From: a virus
Lineage: Duplodnaviria; Caudoviricetes
Reading direction: 5' to 3' (one strand)
Virus record (IMG/VR): IMGVR_UViG_3300027773_000160
Coordinates: 1-50,513 of that record
DNA: 50,513 nt
Both the position numbers and the translations under genes were made by a program. Positions 28,215 through 36,938 of the stretch are shown one piece after another. The notes beneath the pieces were generated by a model. It was not told the DNA's origin. It saw only the letters and a program-made list of their open reading frames with translations, and made no database searches. The stretch's first letter is position 1, and each line of letters starts with the position of its first letter.

Positions 28215-28649
28215 TTGTCTTCGAAACGCGAAGCAGTGCTCGCAGGCGTGCTTGCTCTCCTTAGAACTGCTCTGCCCTTCGCCGAGGTTAAGCGCAATCT
28301 CGCCAAGCCCGAGCGCATCCCGCCGGGCGGGCTCGTGATCGTGCGCGACGGCGATCCCGGTGAGCCCGAAGTGCTGCTTTCCCCGCTCACCTATCTTTAT
28401 ACCCACCGCGTTGCGCTCGAGATCGCCGCGCGGGAGAGCGGATCGCAATCGCGCGAGCAGGCGCTCGATGCGATGCTCGCCGCCGTCGGCGCGGCGGTCG
28501 CCGCCGATCGCACGCTCGGCGGTCTCTGCGAATTCCTCGAAGCGGAGGCGCCGGCGACCGCCGATGTCGAGGCCTCGGGCGCGCAGGCCGTGCGCTGGGC
28601 CGACGCGGCGATCGTGGCGAGCTACGCCACGATCGATCCATTGAACTGA
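28215..28649 (+). CDS. Tail terminator protein
   Basis: RDGDPGEPEV...ADRTLGGL; directly upstream of the tail tube gene. Confidence 0.75.
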   Translation: MSSKREAVLAGVLALLRTALPFAEVKRNLAKPERIPPGGLVIVRDGDPGEPEVLLSPLTYLYTHRVALEIAARESGSQSREQALDAMLAAVGAAVAADRTLGGLCEFLEAEAPATADVEASGAQAVRWADAAIVASYATIDPLN

Positions 28650-28673
28650 ACGCCAACAATCCGGGAGAGTCCC

Positions 28674-29612
28674 ATGGCACGCGCGAGAGGCGCCAACGCC
28701 GTCATGGCCGCGGCGTACGAGACCACCTACGGCACGCCGCCGGCGGGCGGCTACAAGAAGCTTCCCTTCGTCTCCTCGGCGCTCGGGGAGGAGCAGAAGC
28801 TTGTCGAAAACGACCTCCTCGGGCTCGGCCGCGAGCCGCTGCCGCCGAGCAAGGACGTCGCCGCCAACGAGGGCGACGTGGTCGTGCCCGTCGACCTGCG
28901 CAATTTCGGCTGCTGGCTCAAGCTCCTGCTCGGCGCGCCCACGACGACCGGGTCGGGGCCCTATACGCACACCTTCGTCTCGGGCGCGATCGCCCTGCCC
29001 TCGATGGCGATCGAGATCGGGTTTCCCGACGTGCCGAGCTACGGCATGAATTTCGGGGTGCGCGCCAATTCCATGGCCATCCAGATGCAGCGCTCGGGAT
29101 TGCTCAACGCCACCATGGGCTTGATCGCGCAGGGCGAGACGCGGTCGATATCCTCCGGCGCGGGCACGCCGTCGGAGGCGGCGGTCGAGCGCTTCAGCCA
29201 GGGACTCGGCGAGATCAAGCGCAACGGCGTTGCGCTCGGCAACGTCGTCTCGGCGGAGCTTTCCTATTCCAACAACCTCGACAAGGTCGAGGTCATCCGC
29301 CCCGACGGCCGGATCGAGGATGCCGAACCGGCGATGGTCGCGGCGACCGGCAACGTCGTCGTGCGCTTTGCCGACACCACGCTGCTCGATCAGGCGATCA
29401 ACGGCGCGGCCTGCGAGCTCTCCTTCGGCTGGGAGATCGACGCAAACCGTTCGCTCCTCTTCACGCTGCACGAGGTCTATCTGCCGCGGCCGAAGCTTTC
29501 GGTCTCCGGCCCCGGCGGCATTCAGGCGACCTTCGCCTTCCAGGCGGCCAAGGACCCCTCGCTCAACAGGACCATGACCGCCGTGCTCGTCAACGACGTT
29601 GCGACCTATTGA
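28674..29612 (+). CDS. Tail tube protein
   Basis: MARARGAN...YETTYG...LPRPKLSVSGPGGIQATF; gene order. Confidence 0.85.
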   Translation: MARARGANAVMAAAYETTYGTPPAGGYKKLPFVSSALGEEQKLVENDLLGLGREPLPPSKDVAANEGDVVVPVDLRNFGCWLKLLLGAPTTTGSGPYTHTFVSGAIALPSMAIEIGFPDVPSYGMNFGVRANSMAIQMQRSGLLNATMGLIAQGETRSISSGAGTPSEAAVERFSQGLGEIKRNGVALGNVVSAELSYSNNLDKVEVIRPDGRIEDAEPAMVAATGNVVVRFADTTLLDQAINGAACELSFGWEIDANRSLLFTLHEVYLPRPKLSVSGPGGIQATFAFQAAKDPSLNRTMTAVLVNDVATY

Positions 29613-29619
29613 GGCAGGG

Positions 29620-29973
29620 ATGATCAGGCTTTCTTCCGATCGCGACCCGTTCTGGCTCGACGTGGCGCCGGGCGTGCGCATCAGGTTAAGACCGGCAACG
29701 GTCGCCGCGATCCTTGCCGCGCGCGCGGCCGCCGCCGAGGTGTTGCGCGCCGGCGGCGAGGATGCGCAAACGCGCGCGGGCTTTGCCTTCACGCGCGTGC
29801 TTGCGCGCTCCGGCATCGTCGAGTGGGAAGGCATCGGGGACAAGGACGGAAACCCGGTCGACCCCACGCCCGAGGCGATCGATGCGGCGCTCGAATGCTG
29901 GCCGGTGTTCGACGCGATCGATCGGCTCTACGTCGCGCCGGTCCTGCTGCAGGCCGAAGAAAAAAACGCCTGA
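29620..29973 (+). CDS. Tail assembly chaperone (gpG-like)
   Basis: IVEWEGIGD motif; ends EEKNA with slippery heptamer A AAA AAC. Confidence 0.8.
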   Translation: MIRLSSDRDPFWLDVAPGVRIRLRPATVAAILAARAAAAEVLRAGGEDAQTRAGFAFTRVLARSGIVEWEGIGDKDGNPVDPTPEAIDAALECWPVFDAIDRLYVAPVLLQAEEKNA

Positions 29974-30281
29974 TCGCCCTCGCCGAATGGCACTTCGGCG
30001 GGGGCGACGGCTACTGCGCCGCATGCGCCGAGATCTGTGTCGAATGCCCTTATGTCCTCAACGCGCCGCGCACGCCCGACGGGATTGCGGCCTGGGAGGT
30101 GATCCGGTGCGCCGCCGGCCAGGTCCGCGCCGCTTCGGGCGGCGTCTACGCGCTCGATTTCGGCGCGGTACTCATGCTGGCCTCCGCCATGGGCGCGCTC
30201 AATCCGCTGCTCGTCGAGGCGCTGCCGGAGATTGAATCGATCATCGTGCGGGCGTACGCGCGTTCCGTGGAGGCTCCCTAG
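29961..30281 (+). CDS. Tail assembly chaperone -1 frameshift extension (gpGT-like)
   Basis: The -1 frame stays open after the heptamer: RLIALAEWHFGGGDGYCAAC...CPY...ALDFGA. Confidence 0.75.
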   Translation, partial: KKRLIALAEWHFGGGDGYCAACAEICVECPYVLNAPRTPDGIAAWEVIRCAAGQVRAASGGVYALDFGAVLMLASAMGALNPLLVEALPEIESIIVRAYARSVEAP

Positions 30282-30569
30282 TCGCTGCTTGGCGGTTCAC
30301 CATTGGCTATGACTTCGTGACCATGACGATGGTGATTATGATGTTGATTGAGACTGCCATCATCGATGGATCCTCACCTGATTACGATGATAATGATGAC
30401 GATGATCGTCGCTGGATTCTCGCCGGCTTGAGAGATCACCTTCTCTGCCGCTCCCTGCGCTGACGCGCATCCGCAATCCACAGTGATGTTTCCGTTGATG
30501 CGACGCCATTTTGCGGTTTGGGGACATCCGCTATCATTTCGGATTTGAATTTAGTCGAGTGCAGCGGCG

Positions 30570-32015
30570 ATGTCATTGCACGGGCGGCAATTCCGGCGTC
30601 CTTTTCTTGGCAGGCGGTACGCGCTCCATGCGCTCCTATTCACCTTGACGCTCTTTGGCGGCATCGCCCCGACCCATGCGATGCAGATTTTCGTCAAAAC
30701 ACCTACTGGGGGTACGATCACCCTCGAGGTTGAGCCGAGCAATACGATTGCGAGCGTGAAACAGCAAATCCAGAATCTCGAAGGAATCCCGGTCGCGCAA
30801 CAGCGGTTGAGCTTCGCCGGCATCCAACTTCAGGACGGCAGGACGCTCGCGGACTACAATATCCAGAAGGAATCGACGCTGCAGCTTACATTAATCTTGG
30901 CAGGTCATGGCTCCGACGAGTTCTTGTCCGTAAGCCGCCTTGCGACCTTGTTCGTGCTCAACCATGTCGTGCCCGAAAACAGCCAGACGATCTCCGATGC
31001 CGTCAACGACCGTCTGCGAGGCACCGGCGGCGGCGTGTTTGGGGGAACGAGCGAGGCATTGCGCTTTCGCGTGGGACTTGAGGATTTCCAACGCATGTCG
31101 TCCCTCCTCGCAACGGCACCCCGCGCGATGGCCGCAGAGGGCGACAACGAGACGCGACTATGGTCTCCGGCAATGCAAAGCGCGAGCGCTGCATTGGCCC
31201 CCGTGCCTGCACCACGTGCCGAGGCTCGACGACTTTGGAACGTTTGGGTTTCGGGTAGCGTCTTTGCATTGGACGTGGAACAGGGCGGCTCCGGTTTCGG
31301 TGGTCATCTCTATACCGGACTTGCAGGCATCGATTACAGGGCGACCGACTATTGGCTCGTTGGGATCGCTGCCGGGCAAGAAAAGTACGACCTCGACACG
31401 TCGTTCAACAGCGGCAGCTTCAAGGGAAGCGGACATACGGTCGGTCCCTATTTCGGCGTCAAGCTCGGCCCCGCCCTCGTCTTCGATGGATGGGCGGGGT
31501 GGACCCGTGCATCATACACGCTGCTGAGCAATGCCGGCGGTACCGCGGAAACCGGCCGCTTTGAAGCTGATCGTTATTTCTTTTCGGCCAATCTGACCGG
31601 TTATTACGACTGGCAGCGATGGAGGGTCGCGCCGCGTGTCGGGATTCTTTACGCGCATGAACAGCAACCGTTCTATATCACCAGTCTTGGCAACAACGTC
31701 CCGGCATGCGTCACCGAATTTGGACGCGTCACGTTCGGCCCTGAAGTTCGATACCGCGCCGACCTGTCTTCACTGGGACTTAAGCTTGAGCCCTTCATCT
31801 TCGTACGGGGAGAATATGATTTCGTGCGCGGCGGCATCGCGCAGCTCGGGACGATCGTGATCGCACCGGAGCGCTGGGGCGCGCAGATCGGGGGCGGCTT
31901 GGCCCTGCTATCGCAGGCAGGGTTGTCGATGCGGGCGAGTGTTTCCTACGACGACATCGGTCGCAGCGGACAACAGACAATTCGCGGCAGGATCACGGCC
32001 GGTCTTCGGTTCTGA
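30570..32015 (+). CDS. Signal peptide + ubiquitin domain + autotransporter beta-barrel fusion
   Basis: Residues 38-113 align to ubiquitin (MQIFVKT...YNIQKESTL). The C-terminal region is barrel-like (WNVWVSG, GIDYR) and ends in terminal Phe (AGLRF). Confidence 0.9.
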   Translation: MSLHGRQFRRPFLGRRYALHALLFTLTLFGGIAPTHAMQIFVKTPTGGTITLEVEPSNTIASVKQQIQNLEGIPVAQQRLSFAGIQLQDGRTLADYNIQKESTLQLTLILAGHGSDEFLSVSRLATLFVLNHVVPENSQTISDAVNDRLRGTGGGVFGGTSEALRFRVGLEDFQRMSSLLATAPRAMAAEGDNETRLWSPAMQSASAALAPVPAPRAEARRLWNVWVSGSVFALDVEQGGSGFGGHLYTGLAGIDYRATDYWLVGIAAGQEKYDLDTSFNSGSFKGSGHTVGPYFGVKLGPALVFDGWAGWTRASYTLLSNAGGTAETGRFEADRYFFSANLTGYYDWQRWRVAPRVGILYAHEQQPFYITSLGNNVPACVTEFGRVTFGPEVRYRADLSSLGLKLEPFIFVRGEYDFVRGGIAQLGTIVIAPERWGAQIGGGLALLSQAGLSMRASVSYDDIGRSGQQTIRGRITAGLRF

Positions 32016-32099
32016 CCCGTTCGCAACGAACAGACCCCCGGAAATTACCTGTTACCATCCATGTCTTGATTTTGCCGATCGCTTCGCGACCCGGGCCGC

Positions 32100-32277
32100 G
32101 ATCCGATGCTTGGCCGGCGAGGTCTGCATCGCCGCGGGCGGCGTCTACGCGCTCGACTTCGGCGCGGTGCTCATGCTGGCCTCCGCCATGGGCGCGCTCA
32201 ATCCGCTGCTCGTCGAGGCGCTGCCGCAGATCGAACCGATCGTCGTGCGGGCCTTTGCCCGCACGACGGAGTGTTGA
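32100..32277 (+). pseudogene. Duplicate of the 3' end of the gpGT-like gene
   Basis: 32100-32261 is similar to 30101-30262 (GGVYALDFGAVLMLASAMGALNPLLVEALP) and has its own stop codon. Confidence 0.85.
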
Positions 32278-32296
32278 GGATCTATTCGCCCCGCGT

Positions 32297-32527
32297 TCAG
32301 CAGGTTGAGGTGGAAGGCTTGCCCGGCATGGTGGGACCACACTTGTCGGGCACTTTTTGTTTGGATTTGGCCTTTTTGGCCTTGTCCTCGATCGGAGCCT
32401 CCTGGGAACGACTGCTTTTTTGCTTGATCACGAGCTGATCCGGGTTTGGGCCGCTCTGGGCAAGCGTCGGCTGAGCGGTTGCTGCAAAGACCGCAATGAT
32501 CGCGGCAATCGCTGCGAATGTGCGCAT
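32297..32527 (-). CDS. Small secreted hypothetical protein
   Basis: Signal-peptide-like MRTFAAIAAIIAVFAATAQPTLA, then a Lys-rich region and two Cys. Confidence 0.6.
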   Translation of the reverse strand: MRTFAAIAAIIAVFAATAQPTLAQSGPNPDQLVIKQKSSRSQEAPIEDKAKKAKSKQKVPDKCGPTMPGKPSTSTC

Positions 32528-32711
32528 CGTCTCGTCTTCGTTCATGGTGATGGATTTAAGGGCGATGCACGGCATTCTGTCCTATGCCGCGCATCATTCG
32601 TATGCACGCAATTTTCTCGTGGCGAAATTGTGGCAAGGACGCCGCCAAGGCGCGCAGGTAAGCGGACCTTCACGCGCCGGATGTGCCCGTCCCGAGCAAG
32701 GCTGACACCTC

Positions 32712-35462
32712 ATGGCGACGACGCAGGTCTCGATCCGCCTCAACGTCGAGGGCAAGGCGGAGGTCAAGCGTGCCTTCGACGAGGTCGCAACGAGCGGCAG
32801 TGCGGCCTTCCGCGGCATCGCCTCAGCGATGGACGCGGCTGGCGCCGCCGCGGACCGCGAGACGCAGCGTCTGCAGCGCCTTGCGCAGGCGGCAAGACAG
32901 GCCGCGGCCGCCGACCAGGCGCAGCGGGCCTTCAACCAGGTCCTCGGCGTCGGCATTGCGCCGCAGACGTCGGCGCGCGAGTCGGCGGCGGTCTTCGAGG
33001 AAGCCGCAAGGGCCTCGGAAGATCTCGAACGGCGCAGCGAGGCGCTGCGCGCGCAGATCGACCCGCTCGGCGCCGCGCAGAAACGGCTCAATGCGGAGAT
33101 TGCCGAAGCCGACGCGCTCTTCAAGGCGGGGGCGATCAGCGCAGGCGAGCAGGCCGCCGCGCATCAGCTTGCGCGGCAGCGCTTCGAGGCAAGCGCCCAG
33201 GCTCTCGGCGCCCTGGGCGGCCAGTCGCGGCTGACAGCCGCGCAGCTCACCAACCTCACCTATCAGCTCAACGACGTCGTGGTCGGGCTTGCCTCCGGGC
33301 AGCGTCCGTTGATGGTGCTGATCCAGCAGGGCTCGCAGATCGCGCAGGTCATGGGGCCCGCCGGCGTTGCCGGCGCGCTCAAGGGCGTGGGCGAGGCGCT
33401 CGCCTCGATCCTCACGCCCGCGCGGCTTTTCGGCGGCGCGATCGCGGCGGCCGCCATCGGCGCGGTTTCCGCTTGGAACGCCTGGTTCGAAAGCCAGCGC
33501 AACGTGATGACCGCGCTCGCCGGCGCGGGACGGATCGCCGGCGCGACGGTTTCCGACATCAACCGGATTGCGGAAGCGGGCGCGGCGGCCGGCACGGTGT
33601 CGGTTGCCGCCGCGCGCGACATGGCGGCCGAGTTCGCGCGGACCGGCAGGATCGGAAGCGATCTGTTCGTCGGCCTCATTGCGATCGCGAAGAACTATGC
33701 GGCAACCGTCAATGCCGACATCGGCGATGCCGTCAAGCAGCTTGCGCAGGCCTTTGCCGATCCGGCGCGCGGCGCCGAGACGCTCAATGCGCAGCTCGGC
33801 TTTCTCGACGACCGCACGCGGCAATATATCCGCCAGCTTTCCGAGCAGAACGACCGGACCGCCGCGCAGCGGGCGTTGCTCGAGGCCATGCGCGGAAGCC
33901 TCGTCAATGCCGAGCAGGCAACCTCCGCGCTCGGCCGCGCCTGGGATGCGGTCAAGCGCGCGGCCTCGAACGCCTTCGACGCGCTCGGCCGCGCCGTCGA
34001 CCGCGCCGCCGGCGGCGGCACGGCCGAACAGCAGCTCGCCGCGATCGAAAGCCGGATGGCGGCGCTTTCCCGCGGCGGCGGCGTGCCGACGCGGGTGCTT
34101 GCCGACCTGCAGCGTCAGGCGGACGAACTGCGCGCAAGGATCGCGGACGCGCGGCAGCAGGCCGATCTCGGCCGCATCGAGGCGGAGGCGCGGGAGCTGT
34201 CGCTCAAGGTGGGCGAGGCCGTCCGCGACATCGTGCCGGGGACCGAGACGATCCGGCAGCTTGAGGCGGTACGCGCTTCGCTCGGCCGCCTTCTCGAAGA
34301 CCCGCTCGCGGCAAGGAACGTCGGCAATCTGCGCGACGTCGAGAACGCCTATCGCCGCGTCACGCAGGCGCTCCAGAGCTATGGCGGCGAGAACGTGCGT
34401 TTTCTCGACCCCATGGAGCGCAAGCTCCGGCTCGAACAGATCGAGATCGCGCTCATCAATGCGACGACGCCGGCGCAGAAGGCGGCGCTCGAGGCCGAAC
34501 GCGCCCGCATCGAGCTCATCGGCCAGTCCATCACGCCCGAGCAGCAGGCGCTTGCCGTTGCCCAGGCGCGCGGCCGCGTGCTCGCGGAAGCATCCAGGTT
34601 CCTGCGCGATTATGCGCGCGACCAGCAGTTCGCGATCGAGCAGACGCAGGCCGAGATCGCCTTTATCGGCCGGAGCGTCGAGGAGAAGGACAAATATATC
34701 GCGCGCCTCAAGGCCGAGCAGGATCTGCGCCGGCAGGGGATTTCCGCGCAGAGCGCCGAAGGGCAACTGATCCTTGCCAATGCCGAGCGGCAGGCCGTCC
34801 TCAATGCAGAACTCGACCGCGCGCGCGATGCCGTGCAGGGCTGGCAGAACGTATTCGACGGCGCGATGAACCGCTTCGGCAATCTTGTCGCGCAGGGCAC
34901 GCTCGACTGGCGGTCCTGGCAGGACGCCGCGCAGGCCGCGATCCGCGACGTCGCCAACGAGCTCTTCCGGCTCGCCGTCACCAATCCGCTCCGGAACGCG
35001 TTGTTCGGCACGAATGCCGCAACGCTCGGTGCGGGGGGCGGGCTTATCGGTTCGCTGATCAACGCATTCCGCTTCCATGCCGGCGGCCTCGTGGGCGCGG
35101 CGGGCATGCCGGGGCTCGTCCCCGCGATCGCCTTTGCCGGCGCGCCGCGCCTGCATGCGGGCGCGTTCATCGGGCCTGACGAGGTCCCCGCGATCCTGCA
35201 GCGCGGCGAAATGGTTCTTTCGCGCCGCGACGTCATGCGCGAGAAGACGTCGCCCCCTTCGACCGTGATCAACCTTAACGTCCGCAGAAGCGACGGCGTC
35301 GATGTCTCGCTCTCCCCGCGCCGGCCCAACGACAGCGGCGGGTTCGATCTCGACATCCTCGTCGACGTCGTCGACCGCAGCCTCGCGCAGCGCCAGCGCG
35401 ACGGAACCGGTTATCTCGCGGGCGAGCTTCGCAGCAATTACGGCGTGACGAAACGGTATTGA
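32712..35462 (+). CDS. Tail tape measure protein
   Basis: 916-aa Ala-rich helical ORF with LASGQRPLMVLIQQGSQI and EVPAILQRGE motifs. Confidence 0.92.
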   Translation: MATTQVSIRLNVEGKAEVKRAFDEVATSGSAAFRGIASAMDAAGAAADRETQRLQRLAQAARQAAAADQAQRAFNQVLGVGIAPQTSARESAAVFEEAARASEDLERRSEALRAQIDPLGAAQKRLNAEIAEADALFKAGAISAGEQAAAHQLARQRFEASAQALGALGGQSRLTAAQLTNLTYQLNDVVVGLASGQRPLMVLIQQGSQIAQVMGPAGVAGALKGVGEALASILTPARLFGGAIAAAAIGAVSAWNAWFESQRNVMTALAGAGRIAGATVSDINRIAEAGAAAGTVSVAAARDMAAEFARTGRIGSDLFVGLIAIAKNYAATVNADIGDAVKQLAQAFADPARGAETLNAQLGFLDDRTRQYIRQLSEQNDRTAAQRALLEAMRGSLVNAEQATSALGRAWDAVKRAASNAFDALGRAVDRAAGGGTAEQQLAAIESRMAALSRGGGVPTRVLADLQRQADELRARIADARQQADLGRIEAEARELSLKVGEAVRDIVPGTETIRQLEAVRASLGRLLEDPLAARNVGNLRDVENAYRRVTQALQSYGGENVRFLDPMERKLRLEQIEIALINATTPAQKAALEAERARIELIGQSITPEQQALAVAQARGRVLAEASRFLRDYARDQQFAIEQTQAEIAFIGRSVEEKDKYIARLKAEQDLRRQGISAQSAEGQLILANAERQAVLNAELDRARDAVQGWQNVFDGAMNRFGNLVAQGTLDWRSWQDAAQAAIRDVANELFRLAVTNPLRNALFGTNAATLGAGGGLIGSLINAFRFHAGGLVGAAGMPGLVPAIAFAGAPRLHAGAFIGPDEVPAILQRGEMVLSRRDVMREKTSPPSTVINLNVRRSDGVDVSLSPRRPNDSGGFDLDILVDVVDRSLAQRQRDGTGYLAGELRSNYGVTKRY

Positions 35463-35463
35463 G

Positions 35464-35955
35464 ATGGTGGATTTTCCCGAGGCCATTCTCGGCCGCGCCG
35501 TGCTGCGCGAGGGGTTCGCCTACGAACGCAACTCGGCGATCGAACGGACGGAAATGGATTCCGGCCTTGCCCGCGGCCGCCTCATCAACGCCAATCCGAC
35601 CGCGCGCGTGTCCTGCGCCTTCGTATGGGACGAGACGCAGGTGCAGTTCTTCGAGGCCTGGCTGCAGACCTCGGCGCGTTACGGCGCGGCCTGGTTCAAT
35701 ATTTATCTCCCGCTCGAAGGCAACACCTATCGCAAGGTTCTCGCCCGCGTCGTCAGCGTGCAACAGCGCAAGCCGCGCGCGGTGGGGCTGATGACGGTTC
35801 CGCTCGAGCTCGAAATCCACGATGCCGTCATCCTGCCCGACGGCATCGTCGACCTCGTGCTCGAATTCGGCACGTCCGCCCTGCAGCAAGCGGTCGCCGA
35901 TATCGGAGCGCTGAGCCTCGAACCCTTCTTTCTTGCATGGCGCTTCGATGCCTGA
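35464..35955 (+). CDS. Distal tail protein
   Basis: RTEMDSG and GAAWF motifs; follows the tape measure gene. Confidence 0.7.
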   Translation: MVDFPEAILGRAVLREGFAYERNSAIERTEMDSGLARGRLINANPTARVSCAFVWDETQVQFFEAWLQTSARYGAAWFNIYLPLEGNTYRKVLARVVSVQQRKPRAVGLMTVPLELEIHDAVILPDGIVDLVLEFGTSALQQAVADIGALSLEPFFLAWRFDA

Positions 35956-36523
35956 TCCGTCCCTGAGCGATGTCATGCGCGAAGCCTATGCTTCGGCATC
36001 GAGCGATAAGATCCTGATCGATACCCTCTCGTTCTGGTTCGAGGGAATGGAGCCTTCGCCCGGGGCAAGCGAGCTTTATCTCTTCAACGGCGACAATCCG
36101 ACCGTCGTCGACGACAACGGCGTTCCGCTGCTCAATGCGAGGATCGAGGCCTCGTCCTTGCGCGATGCGGGCAGGATCGTCACCTTCATCGGCATACCGT
36201 TCTCGATCACGCTTCCGGCCATAAGCGTGGACACGGTCGTTTCCGCGCAGCTTACGGTCGACAGCGTCAACCGCGAAGGGCACGATCTTCTCGAGGCCGC
36301 GGCCAAAGGCGGAAAGCCGATCGAGGTCACGTTCCGCACCTATATCCTCCGTTCCGAACTGGACGGGCCGAGCAACGATCCGCCGCTTCGCTTTCGTTTT
36401 GCCGGCGCGAGCGCGGACAACAACAGCGTGACGGGACGGCTCGAGTTCCTCGCGATCGGCAACGTGCCGTTCCCGCGCGACATCTATCGCCCCGAGCGCT
36501 TCCCGACCTTGTCCTATGCGTGA
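35948..36523 (+). CDS. Minor tail protein (DUF1833-like)
   Basis: REAYASA...FPRDIYRPERFP; gene order. Confidence 0.7.
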   Translation: MPDPSLSDVMREAYASASSDKILIDTLSFWFEGMEPSPGASELYLFNGDNPTVVDDNGVPLLNARIEASSLRDAGRIVTFIGIPFSITLPAISVDTVVSAQLTVDSVNREGHDLLEAAAKGGKPIEVTFRTYILRSELDGPSNDPPLRFRFAGASADNNSVTGRLEFLAIGNVPFPRDIYRPERFPTLSYA

Positions 36524-36938
36524 TCATTTTGCCGGGCGCCTCATCGGCTTGCCATACGCGCAGGGCGCGCGCGGGCCCGACCGCTTCGACTGCTGGGGGC
36601 TGTTCCGCTTCGTGGCGCGGCAGGAGCTCGGCATCGATCTCCCCGACGTCTTCTGCGACGGGACGCTTGCCGCGCGCGTGCGCGCGTTCGCGTCCCTCGG
36701 CGGCGGCGCCGTTTCGGCCGTCCCCGTCGACTGCCCGCGCGAGCTCGACGCCGTCTACCTGTCCGCGCACCGCCTGCCGCACCACATCGGCGTCTGGATC
36801 GAACCCGACCGGCGCAAGGGCGTGCTGCATGCGATCGCGGGGGCGGGCGTCGTCTTCCAGCGCGTGCCCGATCTTGCGGCGCACGGCTTGCAGATCGTCG
36901 CCTTCCTGCGCCTGCGGAAGGACCCCTCATGCCCGTAG
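36516..36938 (+). CDS. NlpC/P60 tail-associated protein
   Basis: IGLPY...FDCWGL...HIGV...VLHA motifs. Confidence 0.85.
   Translation: MRDHFAGRLIGLPYAQGARGPDRFDCWGLFRFVARQELGIDLPDVFCDGTLAARVRAFASLGGGAVSAVPVDCPRELDAVYLSAHRLPHHIGVWIEPDRRKGVLHAIAGAGVVFQRVPDLAAHGLQIVAFLRLRKDPSCP

Noticed and set aside
30681-30908. Eukaryotic contamination as the source of the ubiquitin sequence
   Set aside because: It is in frame with a bacterial signal peptide and barrel and carries 20 substitutions; read-level confirmation is still advisable.
30570-32015. Bacterial ubiquitination (Bil/Bub/CBASS-type) system
   Set aside because: No E1, E2 or JAB genes nearby, no C-terminal GG, and the domain is internal to an exported protein.
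32823-35486. 887-aa minus-strand ORF
   Set aside because: Antisense shadow of the tape measure gene in high-GC DNA, with no motifs.
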